DNA of 63,503 nucleotides, the filler included, from Octopus bimaculoides (lineage: Eukaryota), in NCBI RefSeq assembly GCF_001194135.2. It is 4 parts of 4 records of this genome, joined end to end, with 100 filler letters (N's around TTAATTAATTAA, not from the genome) between each part and the next. Parts side by side here need not be neighbours in the genome. Positions count along the whole stretch, not along the records: positions 1 to 23,840 come from NC_068991.1; positions 23,941 to 47,565 come from NC_068992.1; 2 more parts are not named here. The stretch is one strand, 5' to 3'. Below, piece after piece: positions 12,670 to 25,985 of the stretch (position 1 is the stretch's first letter; every line of letters begins with the position of its first letter). A program made the translations under genes and the position numbers. Below the pieces are notes generated by a model that ran no database searches, had not been told where the DNA came from, and worked only from the letters and a program-made list of their open reading frames with translations.

Positions 12670-12848
12670 AAAAAGTCTGAAATTTGGTAAGGAGCCTATA
12701 GTTAGCTACATCGACCAGTGCTCAACTGTTATTTATTTTATCGACCCCACGTCTTTCCCAGAAGGATGAAAGTTAATGTCGACTTCGGTGGAATTTGAAA
12801 TCAAAACGTAAAGTCGGGCGAATTACCGCTAGGTATCATATCGCCGCC
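12670..12848 (-). mobile_element. Family A SINE
   Basis: GAAGGATGAAAG..GTCGACTTCGGTGGAATTTGAA..AATTACCGCTA. Confidence 0.8.
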
Positions 12849-14384
12849 TTTAATCTATGTCCATTTATAAAAGACGGGATGACTACAGCTACAATACCAG
12901 AAAAATGCATAAAATACACTAGCTAGTAAATGAGTTACGTGATTTTCATACTAATCTCAAGTGCATTAGAAACGGCAGTTAAGTAAACCAGCAGTAGACA
13001 ATTCTTGAAACCCTGTAATTAATATTTTAATTTAATTGACTACGGTACCACGTTGACGCAAATATATAATGTAGTCAGTACTCCACTAGATATTGATAAA
13101 CTAATAAGACTTCATATATTTATATTGCAAGAGGGTACTCGAACTACAACTGCTAGTATATAAGCAATTACTTCGATGCATTTATGAATATGAATTCATT
13201 TCAGTTGGAATGTACTTTCGGATCATACATTTACATTGAATCATTATATTTTGCTTACATATGCCGTGCGATGATCATCCTCTTAATAATAGTATTCAGT
13301 ATACAACATATGAACGATGCTGAATTTTTTAATTCAACCTACTTTCTTTGTGTTCACATTCGTGTGGCTTTCTATTTTAACATAGAGACAAGATAACATT
13401 CCATTGTTTTTCATTTATATTCCTTTATTTTGCACGTTGCTTTGCTATGCTTTATATTTATCACACACATACGCACATTACAATATATAATCATTTCATT
13501 CCTCTGTTATACAATTCGGCATTCTATTTATTCGTTGTATGCCATTCACTTTCATTTCATCCTTGCCTCTACTCCACATGCACCTCACCTTAACCACATC
13601 ATTCCCTTATCAAGTGTCTCTTTACTGATTGCTCTGTTCTATTAATCACCTCGTTTATTTCCTAGTCTTCACTATTGTGAACAACTTTCTTTAATGACTG
13701 CACGACTAATTTCCTCAGACGCTAGGCCTTCATTTAAAGCAGAGAAGGTTCGAAAAACAAAGAGCTTTCAAGTTAATTATACCAGGAAAGAATAACGAAT
13801 AAGCAGGACAAAGTACAATAATTTACATTTACATATGGAATTGTTCCATAAAGTAAATCATCTACTCAAGATATGAACAGGTTTGATATCAGGTGTAAAG
13901 GTTGATATCTTATGCAGCTCGCCTCTTGGCAGACTTTCAAACTCGTATTTGATTGCCTAATCAGGTGAGGGAGATTCTTTTCGGCAAACGCCTGCGTACC
14001 AAGTCGGTTGAAAGAATAAACGTTTGAGCCTTTTAAAATCTATTTCCGTTCATATTCTGTAATAAATCAATATTTGCCTATTGTGCACATATAAAATATA
14101 TACTATGTATAAACTAAACTATGCATATTGTGGTATTGTATATATCGCCGAGCTCAACACTGTCTTTCGTCTTTTTAGAAACGACCAAATAGGTATCAGT
14201 AGTGTACATAGGGCGCATAAATAAGTTATACCCATTCTCTCAATGTGGGTGACATTGCGCCTAAATTAGAAATCAAAATATATATGTAAATGGAGGGAGG
14301 GATGTTATGGGTGACATAAAGACAGAATATAGCTTCTCGCTAACTTACGGCTGTTTTCTCGCTATCTTAGATATGATTCTCATT

Positions 14385-14520
14385 TTTGCCACCTGAGCAT
14401 ACTAGCGCAATGTGAATGAAAGTGCCTTCTCCAAAGACACAAAATGCTGCCAAGATCGGGATCGAAACCAAAATCTTATGATCTAGAAACCCAGTTGCTT
14501 AACTCCTGAACCACGCGCTT
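14385..14520 (-). mobile_element. tRNA-derived CORE-like SINE (family C), partial
   Basis: Reverse complement has B-box GGTTTCGATCCC followed by TGTGTCTTTGGAGAAGGCACTTTCATTCAC, similar to the 25400 and 28058 copies. Confidence 0.65.
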
Positions 14521-14542
14521 TGACGTCATTATACACACACAA

Positions 14543-14746
14543 GGCGTCGAGCTGGCAGAATCGTTAGCACGCCAGGCGAACTGCTTTGTGGTATTTCGTC
14601 TGCCACTACGTTCTGGGTTCAAATTCCGCCGAGGTCGATTTTGCCTTTCATCCTCTCGGGGTAGATACCAGTTACGCACTGGTGTCGATGTACTCGACTA
14701 GCCCTCATCCCCCAAAATTTTCAAGGCTATGTGCCTAGAATAGAAA
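14543..14746 (+). mobile_element. Family A SINE, best-preserved copy
   Basis: A-box-like TGGCAGAATCG and B-box GGTTCAAATTCC; body GAGGTCGATTTGCCTTTCATCCTCTCGGGG. Confidence 0.9.
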
Positions 14747-14825
14747 TAACCATTATACACATAAACACACACACAGATATATGAAATGGGATGTGTATGT
14801 ATTATGAATATATTTTTCTGACTAT

Positions 14826-14826
<1 letters not shown>

Positions 14827-14905
<79 letters not shown>
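14827..14905. repeat. (CA)n microsatellite
   Basis: Direct reading. Confidence 0.98.
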
Positions 14906-14907
<2 letters not shown>

Positions 14908-15346
14908 ATACTCGTGACTGTCTTATCGTTAGAATGTTTACCAAATATAAATAAATTTTGTAGCGAACTATATGTTGTTGTTCTTATTGTGTTTAACCTT
15001 ATGTTAATTCTGATCGCTAAAGCTAATAACTGAAGTCATTTCATCTGTCTGTCATTCCTATTTTCGTCAATTGTAATGTATTTAGTACTATGTTATACAA
15101 CGTATACATTATTGAGAAGTTTTCGTTATGACTACATTATCCAATAAGCTTCTGAATGACGGTTATTTAACTGTTATTTAGAGCAGCTTAATCAAGTAAG
15201 GGGAGTTAGTGCAAGAATGGTGGCTGTAACGAATTACTAAGCTAATATTTCAACTGTATCTGTTCAGAAAGTTCAAAGGTATTTGACATTTATTTACCAA
15301 TTTATTAGAAAGCATTATATTATGTTCTAAACATACATATGTGTAC

Positions 15347-15413
<67 letters not shown>

Positions 15414-15917
15414 CACACGCAGATATAGTTAGTGGTTCTGGGAAGAACGGGTGGGGCTACAACTAAGGTGAAGTGCATAATTCATCGAGCAAATTGAATT
15501 TTAATCCACTTAATAATGAGTGACAATTAGAGAACTAGTTTTGTAGCATTCCAATGGGATCCATCTGAAGAAGTTTCCAGAAATGCAATTGAACTTCTCT
15601 TGTAAAAGTTAATTATCATTACACACACACACGTACACGCACACGTACACACGCACAGACACACACATATCGTTGTTATTATGCAAAAGTGTCGTAAGTT
15701 CAAAAGGGGTGCTTTTTCAGAAAACGAAAAAGTAGTTTCACCATTCCTTAGGAAAACCGTTGTACTACACTTTGACTATTTTTGATATCTTGGCATCTGA
15801 AGCAGCTGGAGATACGATAGTTTGACCAAAAATAAACGGCTATTGCAAGCAAGGATGAATATTGAGAAAAGCGTATTTGGCCAAATTTGGACATACGAGA
15901 GTTTAACATTATACCAA

Positions 15918-15956
<39 letters not shown>

Positions 15957-16482
15957 NNNNNNNNNNNNNNNNNNNNNNNNNNNNNNNNNNNNNNNNNNNN
16001 NNNNNNNNNNNNNNNNNNNNNNNNNNNNNNNNNNNNNNNNNNNNNNNNNNNNNNNNNNNNNNNNNNNNNNNNNNNNNNNNNNNNNNNNNNNNNNNNNNNN
16101 NNNNNNNNNNNNNNNNNNNNNNNNNNNNNNNNNNNNNNNNNNNNNNNNNNNNNNNNNNNNNNNNNNNNNNNNNNNNNNNNNNNNNNNNNNNNNNNNNNNN
16201 NNNNNNNNNNNNNNNNNNNNNNNNNNNNNNNNNNNNNNNNNNNNNNNNNNNNNNNNNNNNNNNNNNNNNNNNNNNNNNNNNNNNNNNNNNNNNNNNNNNN
16301 NNNNNNNNNNNNNNNNNNNNNNNNNNNNNNNNNNNNNNNNNNNNNNNNNNNNNNNNNNNNNNNNNNNNNNNNNNNNNNNNNNNNNNNNNNNNNNNNNNNN
16401 NNNNNNNNNNNNNNNNNNNNNNNNNNNNNNNNNNNNNNNNNNNNNNNNNNNNNNNNNNNNNNNNNNNNNNCAGACATACGAC

Positions 16483-16522
16483 GCAAGACGTTTCGACTCC
16501 TTACTAAGAAAATCTTATTTGC
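16483..16522 (-). ncRNA. Degenerate minimal hammerhead-like motif
   Basis: Minus strand GCAA-ataaga-TTTTCTTAGTAAGGAGTC-GAAAC-GTC-TTGC: stem I and GAAACGUC are present but the CUGAnGA box is degenerate. Confidence 0.35.
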
Positions 16523-17149
16523 TGGGGAGATGATTTATTTTATTCACCTTCTCCGATGTTTACTCCTATTATTACCATAGTGTGTGCGATATAAGGTAGA
16601 TTTGGTCGTTATAACTAGCAGACCGAGCGAACACAGAGAATCACCAGTCTTGCCTTGATATTTATATTATTTGTTAAATTAGATTCGTGTATTTTATTTA
16701 TGTATTTATATGTTTGTTCGTCTTGAGGATTTTATGTTGACTACGACGTGTTTATAAAGATTTCTGTGATTGCAGCTGTTTTTGAAAAGACAGAAGCACT
16801 TCTACCATTTCCTCCTGCTTTGATACAAAAAGAGCTGCGTGTTTTCGTAGTATTGTGTATTCTTTGTATTTTTGTAATATTGTTTTTGTAGTGTTTGTCT
16901 CTTGAAATTTATTATGTGTGTGTGAATGTGTATGTGGAGAGAGGCATGTGCGGAGAGTGAAAGAGGGACGAAGGAAGAATCTTCCTGACTGTATCGTATG
17001 ATGATAATCTTTACATTATTTACTGACAAATGAAACAAATAATTAAGAAAATAAAATGAAGACTATGACGAGCAATTAGATTAAATAGGATAAATATATA
17101 ATAAAATCTACATCACCCCCTCTGAGTCTCTCTCTCTCTCTCTCACCCC

Positions 17150-17330
17150 ATGTATATATATATGTATATATGTATATATATATATCTGTATATATGTGTA
17201 TATATGTATATGTATATATGTTTGTATATATGTGTATATATGTGTATATATGTATATGTATATATGTTTGTATATATGTGTATATATGTGTATATACGTA
17301 CATGTATATATATGTGTATATATACATACA
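17150..17330. repeat. Degenerate TATATGTG/TATATG minisatellite
   Basis: Direct reading; source of several spurious YI/HT ORFs. Confidence 0.9.
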
Positions 17331-19378
17331 CACACGCACACGCACACACATGCACACACATATATTTCTTTGTAATTTAATAGCCAATAATACCTTTATA
17401 TATTCTGAAATTTGTTTTGCCTTTGGAATTTTTCAATCATATCTATGTGTGTTAGTGCGGACGCGCGCACGTTTATACTTTATGTGGGGGTGGGGGTGGG
17501 GTGGGGGTAAAAACAATGATTTCCTTGCACTGATCGTATTGATAACATTAATGATATATTTTCTACAGTTATCAAAATTGAATTTTGTAATGATAAGCAA
17601 TAGTTGAGGATTTAAGAATAAATAAAATCACGGTTTGTGAGAGCGACTTTATTCATTTAACTCTTTCTTTTTTATAGACCCTAATATTTTAGGTTTCGGA
17701 ATTCCATGGACATTAAATCTTAAAATTCTCCTTTATCTCTGCCTTAAGTGCCTTATCTTCTTACGTGAAAAGATACGAATACCACAAAAAAAGAAACATA
17801 TGTACTGAGTGTTTATAGCCAAATAGTCTATATAGAAATTGGATGCATGTATGTATGTATTATGTACGTGTATATGTATGCGCGCATAGATGCATATATG
17901 CATGTGTGTGTGCGTGCCTGTATGTTGCATATGTACAGTATCTATGCATTTAATGTGTAAATACAATGAACAATTTTGAAAAAACACGGGATGGACAATT
18001 TTTTTACAAAATGCTTTAATTGGAAGAAAAAGCATTATAGCGTTTCGGATATTTGGCTTTCATCTAAACAAAGAAAGTACGAAGTATAAAAGAGAAATTA
18101 ATAGTAAGAGGAAAATCCGCATCTAGAAAATTTAACCTTCAAGGCATTTGGTCAGCTCTAAATTTATAGTAAAAATCAGAATTCAAATCCGCTACATATT
18201 TGCACTGATCCTAGAAAACGCGTCTGCCAAATGGTCTTCTGGATTTGAAAGCTTTGCTTTTTGACTAATTAAAGTATATTCTAGTATTTAACAGTTGTTT
18301 AAGTAATACCTACTTAATTAACAAACCATATGTAAGTCTATAATAAATAACGTCATACTTGGTGAAGGACTGTCAATTTGTGTCAACAAAGGAATTCTTC
18401 ACATTGGGTGTCAAATTGGTAGAAATGGCAACACATTTCCATCAGTTTGTAAACATGGAGTTATTAAAGCGGAATGTTTTATTGGACAATATAATTCGTC
18501 ATATAAATACAAAATGGAATGTTCTGAATTGAACTGATTTCAGTTTAAATAACTTACGACACTTAAGACGAAATGAGCCTCTCAGAATGGTAAAGTTTTC
18601 TATATTACTTTGTCCTTGCTGGAACGCACTACACTGAACTGTAGAATGGTTATTCAATGGTGGAAACAGATAAAATGTCTTTCAAGAGTGAAATTAGTGA
18701 GTTTTTGGTCACATACAAATGTACAGAAATATTTCATTGTTTAGTGATCTAGTATAGTGTTTTAGACGTTATAGGTTAATTATTTATAAGACTTATTGAA
18801 AATAAGAGATCTGACCTCAGTGTCGATTATTTGATTGTTTATCAACGCTATTATTCTTGGTAATATTGACCCCGTTTTTACATGTTAAATGTTCTGGTGA
18901 TATTTGCAACAACAATTCGTTTCGATGGCTTTGAAGGCAGATCATAAGGTGTCTTATTTCTTGATATTATTTGGCACTGGAGTTGATTTTAACAAGGCGT
19001 CTTTAGTTCCAAAAGATAAGCAGCAACACCCTCATGCCCGAAGACCACTTAAGTATAAATATATATTTCATAAACCTTTTAACAACAACAAGTTATCCGA
19101 TATAACTTGAATATTTGTTGCTTTATTTTATTCTTAATTGGATATTCACTGGTAAAACATTTCCCCAATCTCTTGTGACATAGTTATCGAATTGCAAATA
19201 AGCATCACTATCAAGTTATATTGAAAATTCTTTGTTTTTCTAACTGCAAATCAAATTTTAATGCATTTAGAGAAACAAGATACAATGGATTTATCAAAAT
19301 GTCTCACAGTCAATATATATATTTGTATATATATATATGTGTGTTTGTGTGTGTGTATGTGTATGCGTGTGTAAGTGC

Positions 19379-19422
<44 letters not shown>

Positions 19423-20581
19423 CTTTTCTTTTGTTTCATATTTCAATAAAGAAACAAGTTGAAAAGACTTGTTTCACAAGGAAATATGTTACAGGAAGAG
19501 ATAAAAGAAAAAGAGAAAAAGAGTGGGGGAAAAAAAGTAAATATGAAAAGAAGAAAGGGATGAAACGAGAAAGGTAGAAAGACTAGATAGGAATAGAATG
19601 TTGCGAAATACAGAATGACTACATAAGTGAGTGAATGTGTGAGAAAAAAGAAACGATTATTAATATAAAATAACTCAGTTTTTTAGCATATAAAGGAGCT
19701 TAATGTTTTACTGAAGACATTAAGAGCTTAATTTGACATTTGTGTACAACGTATCTCCCCTCCTCTCACACACATACGCGTACACATTCAAAATTCGCAA
19801 ATATGCATTGTTTGCTTGTAGGCTTGAATTGTATGTTTACATTGTAGAATTGCATACGTGTGTATATGCGTATATATTCTTTTGGAAGCCCAAAGTACAA
19901 CGGAATAATAGTTTATGTGTGTAAAGAGAGGGGGAGAGGCAGGGAGAGATCCATCTTTCGCTCAAGAGTGTTTGTGTCATAAGTCAAGTGAATTCGTGAA
20001 TTCGGCTTCAAGAGGAAGCAATAATTTGCTCCTTAATTTCTTTTGCTTAATGATTACACCTGCTCACAGATTCACTTTTGCTCTCAAGTGTATATTAGAT
20101 ATATATATATATATATACACATCACATACACTATCTGTGTAAACAAACGAGGAACGTGATCGTTCAACTTGTTAGTAATGTACTTATAACTTAAATTCTG
20201 CACTGCCATATTCAGAAATATGAAGAGTGCCTTAGGTAATGTAGGCTTAAATATATCATATCTGAAAATATGACAACGTAGTCACGCCTGTAACGTCTTT
20301 GTTCATAGGCTTATCATATAAGAATTGGCCTGGAACTAAAGAATACGAACCACTTCATGCTTACCAAAATCACATGTCCATTTTATTAAACAATCTTATT
20401 TTCTAAAATTTGCTTCAATATACGACTAAAGGAAATTTTAGAATTTCGAGAAAGACATGTAACTTTGCAATGTCCTTTCTTGTCTATTACACACGAACAC
20501 GGAATTTGTTCCTTCTCTTTGCTTAGAGCAGATGCTATTTTCTCCTATCCTTTAAACATGTTTACAATGTAATTTTATACA

Positions 20582-20584
<3 letters not shown>

Positions 20585-20664
<80 letters not shown>
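20585..20664. repeat. (CA)n microsatellite
   Basis: Direct reading. Confidence 0.98.
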
Positions 20665-20669
<5 letters not shown>

Positions 20670-20705
20670 AAGTCACGAACAACGATGTATACCTGAGCTT
20701 TTCAG

Positions 20706-20865
20706 TTTACAGAGAGTAAAAATTCCTCAACATATAAAGCAAGATATGTATATTCTATTAAAGACTGAACTCATATCTCTGATCCGTACCCGTGAGTTTC
20801 AAGTTGCTCAGATTATTCAAGCGTGTGAAAACGGAAACTGGCGTAACAATATGTACGAAAAATTT
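20706..20865 (+). CDS. Candidate internal coding exon, unidentified protein
   Basis: CTTTTCAG acceptor, 53 open codons (LQRVKIPQHIKQDMYILLKTELISLIRTREFQVAQIIQACENGNWRNNMYEKF), GTAAGC donor; no partner exon or homolog recognised. Confidence 0.2.
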
Positions 20866-22744
20866 GTAAGCACATAGAAATATGATTAATGGACAGTTTA
20901 TATAAATTTGATTATTTGGAACCAAGAAAGCGAAATAAAATGCTATAAAATTTGTTTTCAGCAAAAGGCCCAATGGTTATGTACAGTTGATTATTCACAA
21001 TCGATGTATATTGTTACTTATGTATTGTCACGTTGCATCTCTACTTCAGTCGTTTAAATTAATACTAACGTGAAGCCTATTGTTAATATTGAAGAAGCTA
21101 TCACTCTAATAATAAATGTGGAGTCTGAATGTGTGTGTGTATGTGTGTGTGTTTGTGTGTGTCCATAAGTATGTATATATACATATGTCTTTATGTGGAT
21201 GTCTTATTCAGATATAAGTAGATGAGTTTGTGGATCTTTCTGCATGTTCTCATGTCAGCAAGTTTATAGTAATACAGTTTGCGAATGTGTTTCTGCTAGC
21301 ATACATAATTACACACACACACACACACACATACACACACCGTCTCTTTCAGTTTTAATGGTAAAAATGTACAGTAATTCGGATTAGAGTCGTTTTAGTA
21401 GAGTACTTGGGGTACTACAGATCACGGGATACTACAGATCACTGGAAGACTTGATTTCACTACAGTTTGCTAGTCTAGCGCTTCTGTATAGGTCAATACT
21501 ATCACCAAGTGAACAATATAAGCTTCTCTATGATTGTTTGACTTTTTATAAATAGCACCCAAATCTATCTCGCCTTACGCCCTACAGTGATAAGAATAAC
21601 ACTACCGCTATGGATAACGGAGTTGAGTATATGGGTGTGTGTATGTGTGTGTTATATCAACTACTGAAGCATATTTGATCATAGATTTTCTTGATCAGGA
21701 CTGACTTGATATTAAACAACAATAACAGATACATCATCATCATCATCATCAACAACAGCATTTGCTATATTGCGGCTGCAAGGAATAAGATTAATAAAAT
21801 GATCCGATCAGTAATTGAACATGCCGTCGCACTCTGTCTGTAACTCTCACTTTTGTTAATTGTGTAGGTTTGGGTGAGTGTGCTTATGTGTGTGTATGTG
21901 AGCGGGTGAATGTGTGAGCGTGTGTGTGTGTATGCGTGTGTGTGTGTGTGTGTGTGTGCGTGCTTATAAAAACGCCTTGCTGCTATTACTACATTGTTGA
22001 GTCACTAGCGAATATTTAGTATTTATGGACTGTGTGACCATATATATGCATGTGTGTGTGAGTGTGTGTGCATACGTGTGTGCTTGTACTTTTGCATGTG
22101 TATGTATCTGTATAAGTACGCTCTACGCACACATCACTTATATAGGTAGATCTTTTGATGTTAATGGAATGCTAAAAACAAAACAAAAAAACAAACAAAA
22201 AATGTCAAATAAAGACAAGCACATAAATAAATATAAAAAAAACATATGCATTATCAATAATGTAAATATATATTTCAATATCTACTATGACTGCTACGGA
22301 ACGGTGTGTATTCAGGTATTTCAAGTCGAAATCTTTACTTCAAAAGGCGTCAATGATGGTCTTGATGATGATAATGATGATGATGATGATGATAAAACGG
22401 TGAGACACACCTACAATTTTACCTCAAACACATATCCTATGTATATCATTTTATAAACTTAGGTTGGCTATTTATTTATTTATATACTTATGTTCATTGC
22501 TGTTTTGAGTCTTGCTTACTTTTGAGAATATCGAATTAAGTTTTCATCTGCATTTGATTTTTTTTGTGTTTTTTTTTTTTTGTTTTTCTAAATAAAATAA
22601 ACGATTAATGGTGTATGCGGTGATGAGACGATAATGTTCATGATTTGGTAGTCATAGTATCGATATGTTCAACGCATTTCGATGTTATGTTGTCTGCGCT
22701 ATTGAAAATGGTCATGCTTGTGATGTTTCACCTGATCGTCCTCA

Positions 22745-22940
22745 TCTTTTATCTTTGACATGTTTCAATCATTGGACTGCGGCCATGCTGAGGCCCTGCA
22801 TTGAATAATTTAGAACTAATCGACCCCATAACTTAATTTGTGAATGTCTGGTTTTATTATATCAGTCTCTTTTGCTGAACCTATGTCTTACTGGGACGTA
22901 AACAGATTACCACAAGCTATCAAGCGATAGCAGTGGGAAA
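22745..22940 (-). mobile_element. Family B SINE 3' body
   Basis: TGTTTCAATCATTGGACTGCGGCCATGCTG..TCGACCCC..GGGACGTAAAC; homologous to 35410 and 41905. Confidence 0.8.
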
Positions 22941-22950
22941 CACGCGCGCA

Positions 22951-22991
<41 letters not shown>

Positions 22992-23369
22992 ATACTAATA
23001 AGTGACAACAAAAGAACGAGACCTTGCTATTAGGTAAATAGAGGATTATTCATATATGTATAGTTTAGGACAGTCAGTAAGTTGTCATAATAGAATTCGG
23101 AGTTTCAAATGCCGGAACTAAGAGCTATGATGCATTCTTGTCTGCTATTAATGGCAATAGCGCTATGAAAAACCGTTGAATAAAAGCGAAGTTACTCTAA
23201 TAAATAGAAAAAAAATATAAAAGATAAGAAATACTCGTAACCATATTCTCAAAATACATACACATAAAACCTCCTGCGTTCATAACGTCTACGTAGGTAC
23301 ACATTCACACAAATATGTATATGTACATGCACATACACACACAGACGTATGTATATACACATACATATG

Positions 23370-23533
23370 TACAACGGGCTTCTAAACAGATTTTGTCTAC
23401 TGAATTCACTAACAAGGTAGTAGTCAGCCGAGCGTTATAATAGAAGCCACTTGCCCTATGGTGGTGCAACGGAAATGAACCCGAAATTAAGTGGTTCCAA
23501 AGCGAGCTTCATATCCACACTGCTATGCCTGCG
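23370..23533 (-). mobile_element. Family B SINE 5' part (tRNA-like head)
   Basis: Reverse complement GGCGCAGGCATAGCAGTGTGG..GGGTTCATTTCC..GGGCAAGTGGCTTCTATTATA; homologous to 28768. Confidence 0.75.
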
Positions 23534-23884
23534 CCATATTGTACAAAAAATATATAAATAAAATATGGAATCTGATAAAGACACAAATAACAAAATACGA
23601 TGAGCCCAAAAATGCTCTTGAAAGCATTGTTTGGAAAAATCTGGTTAGAGGTAAAATTCGCAAATTCTAAGAGCATTGGCCAGCATGTCTTGCAGTATCT
23701 GTATCGACCTTCCGCGATCTGAGATCAAATAATGCGGAGTCTATTTTTGCTTTTCGTCCTTTTATGGTCAATAAATGTACCATTTTAGGTGGTGGGCATG
23801 CCTTATTTCGATCCGTGTATATATATATATATATATATATNNNNNNNNNNNNNNNNNNNNNNNNNNNNNNNNNNNNNNNNNNNN

Positions 23885-23896
23885 TTAATTAATTAA
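23885..23896. other. Artificial six-frame-stop linker inside a 100-bp gap (also at 47610-47621 and 62029-62040)
   Basis: N44-TTAATTAATTAA-N44 in all three places. Confidence 0.95.
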
Positions 23897-25399
23897 NNNN
23901 NNNNNNNNNNNNNNNNNNNNNNNNNNNNNNNNNNNNNNNNTATACATATATATATTATGATGGCTGTCAATGGTGAGCGAGGAAAACCACCACTATCAGA
24001 AATATTATGCTCTTAGTGAAATATAGTCTACACTTGTGACTCAGCTGCTGGCTAATGAACCTACCTCGTGATACAAAAATACCTGCCCGTCGATGTTGCA
24101 TACCAAGATTCTCATTCACACCACTGGTGTTACTTTCCAAGGCTTCTTCACTGGAGATGCAATTATGTATGTATGTATGTATATATGTGTGCATATATGT
24201 ATGTACGTATGTGTATACGCAAATATGTAGTTGAGACAAGTGGTTTGCATTTCTATAGTGACATGATAATGTTAACATTTGCGAAAAAGTAAAAACATTC
24301 TCTAGACTCGGACATTTTCCTTTTTACGTGTATCATGCCTCAACCAGTCACGTTCTCGCGAGGACACTCACACGTTTTCATACACATATACACACGCAGA
24401 ATCAGATAATCATATATTTTCAGAACCGTCCTTTTCTGTCATTTCTTTCTGTGATTTTCCTATCTTCCTATTTCATAATTCATTTTCATAACGAAATCTA
24501 TTCTTGTATACTAGCCAAGAAAATACGGAAATTTTATTCATGCATTGGTACATTAATGTAGTAAGATAATAGAATATATCAATACACTAGTTTTGAATAT
24601 ATTCTGTAAATTTTGATGAACAGAACTGGGATTTTTATTTAACAGAGCGTCTTCATTTCTGGGGATATATTGACAGAACGTAACTGATAACTCCAAGCAG
24701 AAAGAATTGCCAAACAATTTCAATTTTAGAATATACCTCAGAGAATATCAGTTTGTTGAGCCACGGCCGTGCTTCAGTTTCATATCTTTTTCCATCATTC
24801 ACTTCTGATTTTTAAGATTTCTGCTATCTTCCAGTCATTTTTCTTCCCAAATAATAATATCCAAAAATACGCAGCAGTAAATGTCTCAATGCTTAAAGTG
24901 AAGCAAGAATGTACTTCATATCAGAAACTAAGTTCTACAACTTTTGGAATTCTTTATCACGGCTATAGACAGTACCAGATGTCTAGAAAAAATGTCACCG
25001 TTTCCGAACATTTCAAAAAATATTGCGTACGTGCAGGCCGCTATGATATAGCTATTATGTGGATCATCGATTGAATTTTGAGATTTATCTAACATGGTTG
25101 ATATTAAAACACACAAAAATGTTTTCTTTAAATACGTTCCAGGCTTCATTTTTTTTTTGCCTAGAACCAATAGTTGTAAAACTGGAGGGCAAGTGTGGAA
25201 CATTACAACAGAAGGTGATTTGTTATATGTACAATAATTGAATATTAACATAAATATTTCCCAATTCAATTAGTCGAATAAAATTCTCTTCGATCCTTGT
25301 GTATAAAAGAGTTAACCAGTTTCATTGTTATATCAACAAATAATCTACCAAACAATATTGCGAACATATAAGAATTCGTTAGTCAGATCTATGCCCGAT

Positions 25400-25650
25400 C
25401 ACGTCACCACGTGACCGGCCAGGCTATCAGATAGTGTTATACATCACTGGTCAGAATGTGTTTTTGCATTGTTTTCACCTTCAAATGACGCCACCCCGCT
25501 GGCTGGTCGAGCAGGCCAACATTCCCACCTCAACCAAAGGAGGGCTGGAGCAACGAGAAGTGAAGTGTTTTGCTGAAGAACACAATGCGTAGCCCAGTCA
25601 AGGAATCGAACCGACGATCTCACGATCGTGAAGGCATAAACCTAACCTTC
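25400..25650 (-). mobile_element. CORE-like SINE (family C)
   Basis: Reverse complement: CACGATCGTGAGATCGTCGGTTCGATTCC..GTGTTCTTCAGCAAAACACTTCACTTCTCGTTGCTCCAG. Confidence 0.75.
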
Positions 25651-25892
25651 ACTTATGCCCCATAGATGTTCTGTATCACTGTTGTGACATTAATATTTTT
25701 TGAGTTTCGTGAATGTTGTTACATAAGAATTGATATTGATTGACGCAACATAATTTGGCTAACCATCCCGGATACAGAAATCATTTTCATAAAGAATATA
25801 CTTCCTGGACACTTATACGTCTTTGTAGTTCAAAATACTTGGCACTGTCTGCTCTAAACTATTTCTCTCAACTTATGCTTGATGCATTTATT

Positions 25893-25985
25893 CATACATA
25901 CATACATACATACATACATACATGCATACGTACATGCACACATACATACATACATACATACATACATACATACATACATACATGC
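25893..25985. repeat. (CATA)n microsatellite
   Basis: Direct reading. Confidence 0.95.

Noticed and set aside
14543-14635. A-box and B-box suggesting a tRNA gene
   Set aside because: No cloverleaf; continues into a multicopy SINE body
23885-23896. TTAATTAATTAA palindrome occurring three times between N runs
   Set aside because: Identical N44-linker-N44 layout; a scaffolding spacer with stops in all six frames, not biology
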